Shown piece by piece: positions 9,708-19,794 of a DNA stretch of 64,000 bases. The notes beneath the pieces are model-generated. The model saw only the letters and a list, made by a program, of their open reading frames with translations. It did no database searches and was not told the DNA's origin. The translations under genes were made by a program, and so were the position numbers. The stretch lies in contig DAIDHL010000006.1 in the NCBI GenBank assembly GCA_027459745.1, positions 19,578-83,577 on the forward strand, written 5' to 3'. Positions within the stretch are counted from its first letter, which is position 1. Every line of letters starts with the position of its first letter. The DNA comes from Candidatus Levyibacteriota bacterium (GTDB taxonomy: Bacteria > Patescibacteriota > Microgenomatia > Levybacterales > UBA12049).

Positions 9708-10679
9708 TTAAAACTTTAGTTTGTTAACTCGATTTACTAGTTTATTTGAATAAGTCCATTGAATAATTAAAGTTAAGCCTAAGATTAGGGTAAAGAAAAT
9801 GTACCAGGTGAGGTGAACTCTGTTTAAAAATGATGCGAAGAAAATAAGTAAAGAATAATGGACGAAATAAATGGAGTAAGAGTGTGAGCTGATAAATGAA
9901 AGAGGTCCGAGAAGATAATTGAACACTCCCCTTTCAGCAAGATAATACAAGCCCAGGCAGGTAATTAATCCATATGAAATTATAAATAGATTTGGAGGAT
10001 ATTTGTTATTAATAAATGATAAATCGTGATGTAAAACTAGCCCTTGAATAAACAGTCCAACGAAAATTAAAAACGCTAAAATTAAAATTGCGTTTCTTAA
10101 TTTAGGTTTTATATCAGGTAGTATTAACATACTGGAAATTCCAGACAAACCCCAAAAATACCACATGATTAGTTTATAATTGACATTGAAATGAATGTAA
10201 AAGATAGCCAAGGCCAATAAAATATTAAGTACTATATATACTTTGAACAGAAAGAGGTTTTTGTTTTGTAGATATTTAATTACAGGTAATAAAACAGCTA
10301 ATTCAATCATCAATAATACCAGCCAATCGATATCAATACCACCTATTACCACCACACTTTGCCAAATATAATTAAAGCTTAAGGCGTGATTTACAGCCCA
10401 GTAGATTGCAAAGAAAAATAACATGAAAATCCAATAAGGTATTAGCAACCTTGGCAGGCGTTTCTTTAAGTAGACAGAAAAGTCATTTAGAGTCTTAATT
10501 CTATCTTTGATGAAGAACACATATCCTGCACAAAAAACGAACATTGGTACTGCAAATTGACTCCAGTTCCAGATGAAAAGTGCGATTTTATCACCACCAA
10601 TAAAATAGTAGCTAGTATGAATTAGAATCATGGCAACAGTGGCTATACCTCTTAACAAATCTATTGATTGATTGCGCAT
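9708..10679 (-). CDS. Acyltransferase-3 family (OafA-like) integral membrane protein
   Basis: Start MRNQSIDLLRGIATVAMILIHT typical of the Acyl_transf_3 N-terminus; about 10 TM helices. Confidence 0.45.
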   Translation of the reverse strand: MRNQSIDLLRGIATVAMILIHTSYYFIGGDKIALFIWNWSQFAVPMFVFCAGYVFFIKDRIKTLNDFSVYLKKRLPRLLIPYWIFMLFFFAIYWAVNHALSFNYIWQSVVVIGGIDIDWLVLLMIELAVLLPVIKYLQNKNLFLFKVYIVLNILLALAIFYIHFNVNYKLIMWYFWGLSGISSMLILPDIKPKLRNAILILAFLIFVGLFIQGLVLHHDLSFINNKYPPNLFIISYGLITCLGLYYLAERGVFNYLLGPLSFISSHSYSIYFVHYSLLIFFASFLNRVHLTWYIFFTLILGLTLIIQWTYSNKLVNRVNKLKF

Positions 10680-10777
10680 TATAGTAAGTATAATGTATTT
10701 GTGAGAGAGTATAAAGTTTGTAATAACATTAAATACACACTTGATTTTATAATTGTTTTTGCTGTATAGTATTTTTT

Positions 10778-11239
10778 ATGGATGATACACAAAACATTCA
10801 AGACGGTGAGATAATAGAAGAAAGTTCAAGTACTCCTGCAACTCCTGAACAAATTGATCAGAGTCAAGTTCTCCTTAGTCTGGAAGAAATGATTAAAAGT
10901 AATCTAGCAAGTTTGGAAAAATTGCGTACAGAACTGCGCCAAACTAAAGAGCAGTTTGATGACAGTTTTAACAATAATCCTACTTTTCGCGAAAATTCAG
11001 AACAAGCTAAAAATGCTGCAAAGAAAAAACAAGAAACCCGTCAGAATATAATGAAACAGCCTGCTGTAGCTCAGCTGTCCGATAAGATGAAAAGTATGCG
11101 TTTGGATCTGAAGGAAAAAGTCGCTGCCTTATCTGATTACCTACTCGAATATCAGCGTCTAACCCAGTCAATGACTTTTGAAAATGATGGTGAAGTGCTG
11201 GAGATTATTAACAGTGCCAAGCTCGTCAAACGCTCCTAG
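10778..11239 (+). CDS. Hypothetical acidic coiled-coil protein
   Basis: ORF only. Confidence 0.3.
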   Translation: MDDTQNIQDGEIIEESSSTPATPEQIDQSQVLLSLEEMIKSNLASLEKLRTELRQTKEQFDDSFNNNPTFRENSEQAKNAAKKKQETRQNIMKQPAVAQLSDKMKSMRLDLKEKVAALSDYLLEYQRLTQSMTFENDGEVLEIINSAKLVKRS

Positions 11240-11329
11240 AAATAGTAATTGTTAAACCTCTTTCAAATAAACTACAATAATTAAATAGCTTGATTTGACA
11301 CAGTCGTTTATATCCTATAGAATGCAGAA

Positions 11330-11707
11330 ATGAAAAATCCAGAAGAATTCAATATTCCTTTTGTTTCAGTTGATGATGCAAAACAAGAAACTCCTGAAGT
11401 GTTGCAAAGCCGTGCAGATTTTTTACGCTCAGGATTAGCTAAAGAGATAGGTATCTCTGCAGGCTCCGCTTTTTTAGCCTTAACAGCAGGTTTATACATG
11501 TTAAATACTGACCAGATATACTCTTCCGTAGTCGCAGGAACGATAGCGCTATTAGGCGTGTTTTCTGCACAGACGGCAGGTATTTTCGCTTTAAGGGATC
11601 GAGAAGAGCTGAATATTGTAAATATAGCCATGCGTACAGAGAAAGTTGATTCGAATTCTCAAAAACCTAAGCCAAAAAATGTATTTCGTAGATTACGAAC
11701 CAGATAA
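11330..11707 (+). CDS. Hypothetical small membrane protein
   Basis: Preferred over the overlapping antisense ORF 11308-11631 because of its TM helices and upstream context. Confidence 0.3.
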   Translation: MKNPEEFNIPFVSVDDAKQETPEVLQSRADFLRSGLAKEIGISAGSAFLALTAGLYMLNTDQIYSSVVAGTIALLGVFSAQTAGIFALRDREELNIVNIAMRTEKVDSNSQKPKPKNVFRRLRTR

Positions 11708-11757
11708 ATGTTCAAATACTTGTTACTTTGCTTCAATAATTGAGTGGTGCTCGTTGT

Positions 11758-13275
11758 TCAATCTAGCACTAAACTTTTCCCTGTCATTTCAGCAGGTACT
11801 TGTAATCCTAATAATGTTAACACAGTTGGTGCTATATCTGCTAATGTCCCATTATCTCTAATTTTCTCATTGTCTACGGTTACTATAGCTGGAACAGGAT
11901 TAAGGGTATGTGATGTTTTGGGATGTCCGTTGGCATCCACCATCTCTTCCGCATTGCCGTGATCAGCAGTAATAACTGCTACTCCTCCTTTAGACAATAC
12001 TTCTTTGACTACTCTTTCAATTTGTTGGCTCTCAAATTTGACTGCCTCTACGGCTGGTTCCCATTTGCCCGTATGACCTACCATATCAGCATTAGCAAAA
12101 TTGAGAACTATTAAATTAGCACTTTGATCGATAGCCTCAACTGCTTTGTCGGCAATTTGTTCGGCCATCATGTGTGGAGCTAAGTCAAAAGTGGGAACAT
12201 CTTTACGACTAGGTACTAAGACAAAATTTTCGTGTGGATGTCTATTTTCATTCCCACCATTTAAAAAATAAGTAACGTGGGCATACTTTTCCGTTTCGGC
12301 TATATGCGTTTGTTTCATGCCAGCTTTAGCAACAATATCGGCTAAAGTAACTGCTATTCTTTCAGGGGGAAAAGCAATATTTTCTGTAATACCCTTTTCA
12401 TATTCGGTCATAGTACCAAATGTTAGAGACAAAGGTTGAACATGCTCGGCTATTTTTTTACTTAATTGTCGGGCGCGATCCGGGCGAAAATTGAAGAAAA
12501 ACACACTATCATGGACATTGAAGTGCCCATCTACTGTTTTATGAGGATCATTCAGAAACGCAAAAGGTTGAATAAATTCATCCCCAGTGCCATTATCGTA
12601 CTCTTGTTTAATCAAATCAGAAGCATCGCCTTTTTTTATTGTACAATCAGCCGAAAGTAAAACATCAAGCTCTTTTTCTATGCGATCCCAATTGTTGTCT
12701 CGATCCATTGCGTAGTAGCGACCAGCAACTGATGCGATATAACCTACTCCTAAATTCTGAATAAAGTTTTCTAATTCTTTCACGTATTCGGCTCCGCTTT
12801 GTGGAGGAGTATCTCTACCGTCAGTAATCACATGAATTGCAATATTTTTTAGTCCATAGTCTTTTGCGGATTTCAAGATGGCATATAAATGATCTTGGTG
12901 ACTATGTACTCCTCCAGGACTGACTAAGCCAATTAAATGTAGGGTTGAATTGTGATTTTTTGCGTTCAAAAACAATTTAACTAAAACACTATTATCCTTT
13001 AGAGTATTATTGGTAATAGATTTATTGATTCTTACAATATCAGTATCCAGAATTTTGCCTGCACCAATAATGCTATGTCCAATTTCGCTGGTACCTATAA
13101 TTCCTTTGGGCAATCCTACTGCTTCACCACTAGCTGGCACTAACGTATGTGGATAGTGCGACCACAGGTAATTGAAATATTCTGGGTGAGATTGGTAGAT
13201 AGCATTGTATTCAGTCTGTTCACTATATCCCCAACCATCTAGGATCATTAAAACGACTTGTTTATATATATTCAT
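11758..13275 (-). CDS. gpmI: 2,3-bisphosphoglycerate-independent phosphoglycerate mutase
   Basis: 505 aa; N-terminus VVLMILDGWGY; iPGM length and motifs. Confidence 0.9.
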   Translation of the reverse strand: MNIYKQVVLMILDGWGYSEQTEYNAIYQSHPEYFNYLWSHYPHTLVPASGEAVGLPKGIIGTSEIGHSIIGAGKILDTDIVRINKSITNNTLKDNSVLVKLFLNAKNHNSTLHLIGLVSPGGVHSHQDHLYAILKSAKDYGLKNIAIHVITDGRDTPPQSGAEYVKELENFIQNLGVGYIASVAGRYYAMDRDNNWDRIEKELDVLLSADCTIKKGDASDLIKQEYDNGTGDEFIQPFAFLNDPHKTVDGHFNVHDSVFFFNFRPDRARQLSKKIAEHVQPLSLTFGTMTEYEKGITENIAFPPERIAVTLADIVAKAGMKQTHIAETEKYAHVTYFLNGGNENRHPHENFVLVPSRKDVPTFDLAPHMMAEQIADKAVEAIDQSANLIVLNFANADMVGHTGKWEPAVEAVKFESQQIERVVKEVLSKGGVAVITADHGNAEEMVDANGHPKTSHTLNPVPAIVTVDNEKIRDNGTLADIAPTVLTLLGLQVPAEMTGKSLVLD

Positions 13276-13279
13276 TGAT

Positions 13280-14809
<1,530 letters not shown>

Positions 14810-14894
14810 TTATAAAGTTGAAAGTTTATAAAGTTATAAATAATCAGAATATGGGGATCTTGCAAAAAATGATGAGATTGAGTATGCTCATTTT

Positions 14895-15242
14895 ATGGTA
14901 GAAATTTTAATTAACTGGATAATTAGCGCACTGGTCATTGTTATTGCGGCTTATTTACTGCCAGGAGTGCATGTGGTAAGTTTTGCAGTGGCTCTGTGGA
15001 CAGCTTTAGTTTTAGGAGTTATTAATGCTGTTCTTAAGCCAATTTTAATTATATTAACTCTTCCAATTAATATACTTACGCTTGGCTTGTTTACTTTTAT
15101 TATTAATGCCTTTTTAATTATGATTGTGGGTAATGGCAAAATTGTGCATGGATTTACAGTCGATAGTTTTTGGTGGGCATTACTTTTTAGTTTAGTACTA
15201 TCTATTTTACGTAATATACTTAATCTGGTATTTAAAAAATAA
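14895..15242 (+). CDS. Phage-holin-4_2 / DUF360 family small membrane protein
   Basis: 115 aa, 4 TM helices, WIISALVIVIAAYLLPGVHV...LKPILIILTLPINILTLGLF pattern characteristic of PF04020. Confidence 0.5.
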   Translation: MVEILINWIISALVIVIAAYLLPGVHVVSFAVALWTALVLGVINAVLKPILIILTLPINILTLGLFTFIINAFLIMIVGNGKIVHGFTVDSFWWALLFSLVLSILRNILNLVFKK

Positions 15243-15334
15243 CCAGCTTTAAGTATTAGTTTATAAATTAAAATTATTTCTCTTTTTAATCTATCCTGTG
15301 TGACAAATTTTGTAATATAGCTTATAATATCTCT

Positions 15335-16366
15335 ATGGAACATATAGTTAAAACAGTTTGTACAATTGGACCTGCTTCGGAGAAACCAGAAGTTTTGGAA
15401 GAACTGGTTAAAAATGGCATGGATATTGCACGTATGAATTTCTCTCATGCCACTTATGAAGAATTTAATAATCGAAAAAAATTAATTACACAGTTTAATA
15501 AAAAATATAACAAGGACGTTAAAATTCTTTTAGACTTACAAGGACCACGTATGCGAGTAGGGGTATTACCAGGAGATGGAATAGTCTTAGTCGAAGGTGA
15601 GACTAAGGTCTTTACTACTAATAAAGATAACACTGATGCCATTTTTATTAACGATCCATATCTACATAATGATATTCAAATTAATCACCCTATATTTCTT
15701 ACCAACGGTGAAATGGAATTATTAGTTACTGATATAAAAGGTACTGAGATTACTGCTAAAGTAATTCGCGGTGGTACTTTATACTCAAGAAAAGGTGTAA
15801 ATATCCCAGAGACTAATTTGACTACTAGAGGTTTGACTGATAAAGATAAAAGAGACGTATTATTTGGTGTCGAGCAGGAAGTGGATATGATTGCCATGTC
15901 GTTTGTTAAAGATGCAGAGGATATTGAGAATTTGCGATCGTTAATTAACAATCCAAAGATTAAAATCTGTTCCAAAATTGAGATTAAACAAGCCATTAAT
16001 CATCTAGATGAATTGATCCAGGCTTCCGATACTGTAATGGTCGCACGTGGAGATTTGGGAATTGAATTGCCGATTGAAGAATTGCCAATTTTGCAAAAAG
16101 AAATTATAAACTTGTGCAAAAGATATAATACCCCAAGCATTGTAGCCACACAAATGTTGATGTCAATGGTAAATCAGTCACGCCCGACTAGAGCAGAAGT
16201 CTCAGATGTTGCTAATGCAGTATTCGATGGAGCAAGCGCTGTTATGTTATCAGATGAATCTGCTTTTGGAAAATATCCTGTTGAGTCATTTAAAACTTTG
16301 CAAAAGATTGCTTACAGAGCAGAAGAGTATATAGAAAATCAGAACCGTAGAATTCCGCTAGTTTAA
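15335..16366 (+). CDS. pyk: Pyruvate kinase, short form lacking the C-terminal allosteric domain
   Basis: CTIGPAS, MDIARMNFSH, LLDLQGPRMRVG, MVARGDLGIELP motifs; 343 aa versus about 470 for canonical PK. Confidence 0.85.
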   Translation: MEHIVKTVCTIGPASEKPEVLEELVKNGMDIARMNFSHATYEEFNNRKKLITQFNKKYNKDVKILLDLQGPRMRVGVLPGDGIVLVEGETKVFTTNKDNTDAIFINDPYLHNDIQINHPIFLTNGEMELLVTDIKGTEITAKVIRGGTLYSRKGVNIPETNLTTRGLTDKDKRDVLFGVEQEVDMIAMSFVKDAEDIENLRSLINNPKIKICSKIEIKQAINHLDELIQASDTVMVARGDLGIELPIEELPILQKEIINLCKRYNTPSIVATQMLMSMVNQSRPTRAEVSDVANAVFDGASAVMLSDESAFGKYPVESFKTLQKIAYRAEEYIENQNRRIPLV

Positions 16367-16421
16367 TGAGTAGTAAGTAGATAGTAGTAAGGATATAACA
16401 CTTTATCTTTCTCACTTACAT

Positions 16422-18257
16422 CTAATTTTGGCCTCTTTCAGCGCGGACTCTGTCAATTTTGGTGAGATATTTTTTTCGTAGTCTTAAATTTTCTGGGGTT
16501 ACTTCGAGTAACTCGTCTTCTTCCAGAAAATCCAAGCATTGTTCAAGACTCATAATTACCGGTGGAATTAAAGCAATTTTTACCCCTTCACCTTTGGAGC
16601 GCATATTAGACTGTTTTTTCTCCTTGGTTACATTTACTTCAATATCTTCTGGACGGGCATGCAAACCAATAATCATACCTTCATATACTTGAATACCGGG
16701 TTCAATGAAAGTGGTGCCTCTTTCCTGAGCGTTTCTAATACCGTATCCAAGCGCGACCCCTGATTCAGAGGCAATAAGAGCGCCGTTACGAATTTTAGCC
16801 ACTGGCGGAGTTAAAGGTGCATATTTTTCAAACATTGTGTTGATAACTATTGAGCCTTTTGTTCTAGTCAAAAGCATACTGCGAAGTCCAATTAAAGCTT
16901 TGGAAGGAATATGGTATTCCAAACGAGTGTTGCCTTTACCGTCTGATTCCATATTGGTCATGTTACCTTTTCTTCTACCGATTTCTTCAGTTACTACACC
17001 CACAAACTCCTCAGGAACATCTATGATAAGATTTTCAATTGGCTCCATCTCAACTCCATCGATGGTTTTGATAATAACTTCCGGTTTGCCTACTTGCAAT
17101 TCATAACCTTCACGGCGCATAGTTTCAATCAAAACTGATAAATGTAGTTCTCCTCTACCTGAAACTACAAATTTGTCACCTTGTATATCAAGTTTTAGTC
17201 CCACATTGGATTCAAGTTCTTTTTCTAAGCGCTCAAGTAGCTGGCGTGAATTGGAAAACTTACCTTCTCGCCCTGAGAAGGGTGAAGTATTTGCACCTAC
17301 AGCCATCTTAATAGTTGGTTCTTCGACATAAATACGAGGTAAGGCTTCAGTTACTTTAGGATCAGCGATAGTATCACCGATTTCTGAGTCTTTAATACCT
17401 GTAATATCGATGATGTCCCCGCGTACGGCTTGATTGACTGATGTTTTTTTCAAACCAATGGTAGTTGATAAACTGTCAATTTTTGCGCTAATACGGGATC
17501 CATCCTCTTTCATCAAAACCACCGACATATTAACCTGAGGTTCGCCAGCTGTTACTCTTCCGATGACATGTTTTCCTTTGTGGGTATCATAATCCAAAGA
17601 AGTAACCAGCATTCTAAATTCACCATCAAGTACTTTAGGAGCTGGTACTGTGTCAATAATTGATTGCATAATAGGGTCAAGGTTTGAAGAAGCGTTAACC
17701 TCGTCGGGCTTGTTAGCTGCTTTTCCTTCTCTACCTATAGCATAAAAAACTGGAAATTCCAGATGTTCAGGATCATTGGCTAACTCTAAAAACAAGTCGT
17801 TGATGTGTTCTAGGGTTTTTGGAATGTCTGCTAACGCTTTATCCACTTTATTAATTACCACAATTATTTTTAAATTTAACTGTAAGGCTTTTTTCAAAAC
17901 AAATTTAGTTTGAGGCATGGGTCCTTCTTGTGCATCCACAATTAAAAGTGCACCATCGGCCATATTTAGCGTACGTTCTACTTCGCCTGAAAAATCAGCG
18001 TGACCGGGAGTGTCAATAATATTAATCTTATAGTCTTTATAGAAAACTGCTGTATTTTTAGCTAAAATAGTAATGCCACGTTCACGTTCTAAAGGATTGG
18101 AATCCAGTATGGTAGTTTGTGTCATTTCAGCCTCATTGGTGCGGAAAGTGTGGGTCTGTTTGAGCATGAAATCCACTAAAGTGGTCTTACCATGGTCAAC
18201 GTGTGCGATAACCGCGATATTTCTGATATGTTGTGAATCGTGTTGAATTGCATCCAT
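16422..18257 (-). CDS. typA: Translational GTPase TypA/BipA
   Basis: IRNIAVIAHVDHGKTTLVD G1 motif, 611 aa, EF-G-like domain order. Confidence 0.9.
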   Translation of the reverse strand: MDAIQHDSQHIRNIAVIAHVDHGKTTLVDFMLKQTHTFRTNEAEMTQTTILDSNPLERERGITILAKNTAVFYKDYKINIIDTPGHADFSGEVERTLNMADGALLIVDAQEGPMPQTKFVLKKALQLNLKIIVVINKVDKALADIPKTLEHINDLFLELANDPEHLEFPVFYAIGREGKAANKPDEVNASSNLDPIMQSIIDTVPAPKVLDGEFRMLVTSLDYDTHKGKHVIGRVTAGEPQVNMSVVLMKEDGSRISAKIDSLSTTIGLKKTSVNQAVRGDIIDITGIKDSEIGDTIADPKVTEALPRIYVEEPTIKMAVGANTSPFSGREGKFSNSRQLLERLEKELESNVGLKLDIQGDKFVVSGRGELHLSVLIETMRREGYELQVGKPEVIIKTIDGVEMEPIENLIIDVPEEFVGVVTEEIGRRKGNMTNMESDGKGNTRLEYHIPSKALIGLRSMLLTRTKGSIVINTMFEKYAPLTPPVAKIRNGALIASESGVALGYGIRNAQERGTTFIEPGIQVYEGMIIGLHARPEDIEVNVTKEKKQSNMRSKGEGVKIALIPPVIMSLEQCLDFLEEDELLEVTPENLRLRKKYLTKIDRVRAERGQN

Positions 18258-18426
18258 AATTTCGTGCCTGAGAAACCATAAGAAAGGTTAAACGTAGTCT
18301 TATTATACCATATCCTATATTTGCATGCTTAAGGGTAAATAATCAGCCATATAAAACTCGGAATGTAAGAATATGTTCCCAACTATTGACAATAAATAAT
18401 AGTAGATATATTATACGGCAAGTTAA

Positions 18427-18449
18427 CTGCCCTGTTGGCAGTTTTTTTT
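18427..18449 (+). promoter_or_regulatory. Leader hairpin CTGCC-ctgtt-GGCAG followed by T8 immediately abutting the ATG at 18450 (terminator/attenuator-like); a TTGACA-N17-TATATT promoter sits about 40 nt upstream
   Basis: Read directly from the sequence. Confidence 0.35.
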
Positions 18450-19031
18450 ATGGAAAATCATATAAAACAATTTATTGCTCCATCAGTATTAGCTCTTATA
18501 GCCCTAGTTTTCATTTCTAATGCGGTGTTTGCTGATAATACCGTAACAACCGGTAATATCTGCAGTAACACCGATGTACAAAATTGGGTAAATTCAAATT
18601 CCAATATTTCTCTGGATTGGAATCTTCCTGGGCATCACCCTGATTGTAATCCAAGTCCCACACCAACTTCCACAAATGTTACATATACACCTACTCCATC
18701 AACCAAACCAAGTCCTTCTTGTACACCTTCTGTAAGTCCATCAGTTTCACCCACTCCTACGCCAACTACAGCTTTGACCCCCACTCCAACAACAGGTAGT
18801 AATGGAGGAGGAACTACAGGAGGACCAGGTGACGGCAAATCAGATGGGAAATCCGATGGTAAGTCAGACGGTAAATCTGATGGTAAATCATCTTCTGCTG
18901 CGGGACCTACACAAGCAGTGTTAGGTTTGTCTTATACTGCAGGCAATAACACCTTGCCTTTGGTTTTACAAACAATTGTTGCCTTAATATGTGGAAGTAT
19001 TGGCGTAAAGTTTTTAAGAAAAAGTTATTAA
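18450..19031 (+). CDS. Secreted Pro/Thr-rich protein with a (GKSD)4 tandem repeat and a C-terminal hydrophobic segment plus basic tail (sorting-signal-like)
   Basis: Signal peptide MENHIKQFIAPSVLALIALVFISNAVFA; C-terminus ...LSYTAGNNTLPLVLQTIVALICGSIGVKFLRKSY; the ORF track start at 18435 lies inside the leader hairpin. Confidence 0.45.
   Translation: MENHIKQFIAPSVLALIALVFISNAVFADNTVTTGNICSNTDVQNWVNSNSNISLDWNLPGHHPDCNPSPTPTSTNVTYTPTPSTKPSPSCTPSVSPSVSPTPTPTTALTPTPTTGSNGGGTTGGPGDGKSDGKSDGKSDGKSDGKSSSAAGPTQAVLGLSYTAGNNTLPLVLQTIVALICGSIGVKFLRKSY
18834..18890. repeat. Tandem 12-bp repeat (ggY aaR tcN gaY) x4.75 encoding GKSDGKSDGKSDGKSDGKS
   Basis: Read directly from the sequence. Confidence 0.8.
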
Positions 19032-19675
19032 AACCTCTTTTATTCCTCCTGCGTAAGAAAAAATTCGGTAAGAAAAAAAAGAAGTGGAGATTCTTTAGTG
19101 GAAAAAGGAAACTTAATATTAGAAATTTAGCTATTGGTTGCTTACTGCTGGTTTTAGCTCTAGTTATATTGTTTTATTCTCCTGCTTATTTTCAGCCTGT
19201 GTCTAAAAGTCCTATTCGTATAAATACAAGTTTATATAAATCTAATTTAAGTGACGATATTCCAGTTAAAATCTCAATCCCGGCAGTAGAAATAAATAAT
19301 TTGAACGTGGTCAAGGCTAGAGTGGTGAATGGATATTGGGAATTATCTGATAGTAGCGCTTCGTATGGGATGGGGAGTGGTCACCCTGGTACACCAGGAA
19401 ATACAGTGATTTTTGCTCATGCCAGAACCGGGCTGTTTTATAATTTAAAGAACATTCAAGCAGGAAATGTAATTTATATTTACACCAAAGATAGAATATA
19501 TATATACAAAGTAACCAATATAACTGCTGTCTATCCTTCGGAAACTAAAGTTATAGAACCTACTAAAACAGATACCTTAACTCTTTATACCTGTACGGGT
19601 TTTTATGATGAGAAAAGATTGGTGGTCATCGCTACACCGGCCAAAACAGCTTCTTTTAATCTGAAGTCTAGATAA
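18989..19675 (+). CDS. Sortase-family transpeptidase
   Basis: Poly-Lys cytoplasmic N-terminus plus TM; IPAVEIN, GHPGTPGNTVIFAH, TLYTCTG (catalytic Cys) and conserved R in RLVVIA; overlaps the preceding gene by 43 nt. Confidence 0.75.
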   Translation: MWKYWRKVFKKKLLKPLLFLLRKKKFGKKKKKWRFFSGKRKLNIRNLAIGCLLLVLALVILFYSPAYFQPVSKSPIRINTSLYKSNLSDDIPVKISIPAVEINNLNVVKARVVNGYWELSDSSASYGMGSGHPGTPGNTVIFAHARTGLFYNLKNIQAGNVIYIYTKDRIYIYKVTNITAVYPSETKVIEPTKTDTLTLYTCTGFYDEKRLVVIATPAKTASFNLKSR

Positions 19676-19794
19676 CTCTAAATTAATTAACCTACTAAAT
19701 TTCTACTTCGACTAGGGATATGACGTTGAGGTGTGATTTTTATATAAACTAAGTGAGTGGGGATGTTTATGTATTGCCTCTAAAATAATATTTT

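Noticed and set aside
11308-11631. 107-aa minus-strand ORF
   Set aside because: Overlaps the plus-strand 125-aa ORF almost completely. The plus-strand product has TM helices and a plausible start context; the minus-strand one is Ser/Ala-rich with no features. Only one of the two is likely real.
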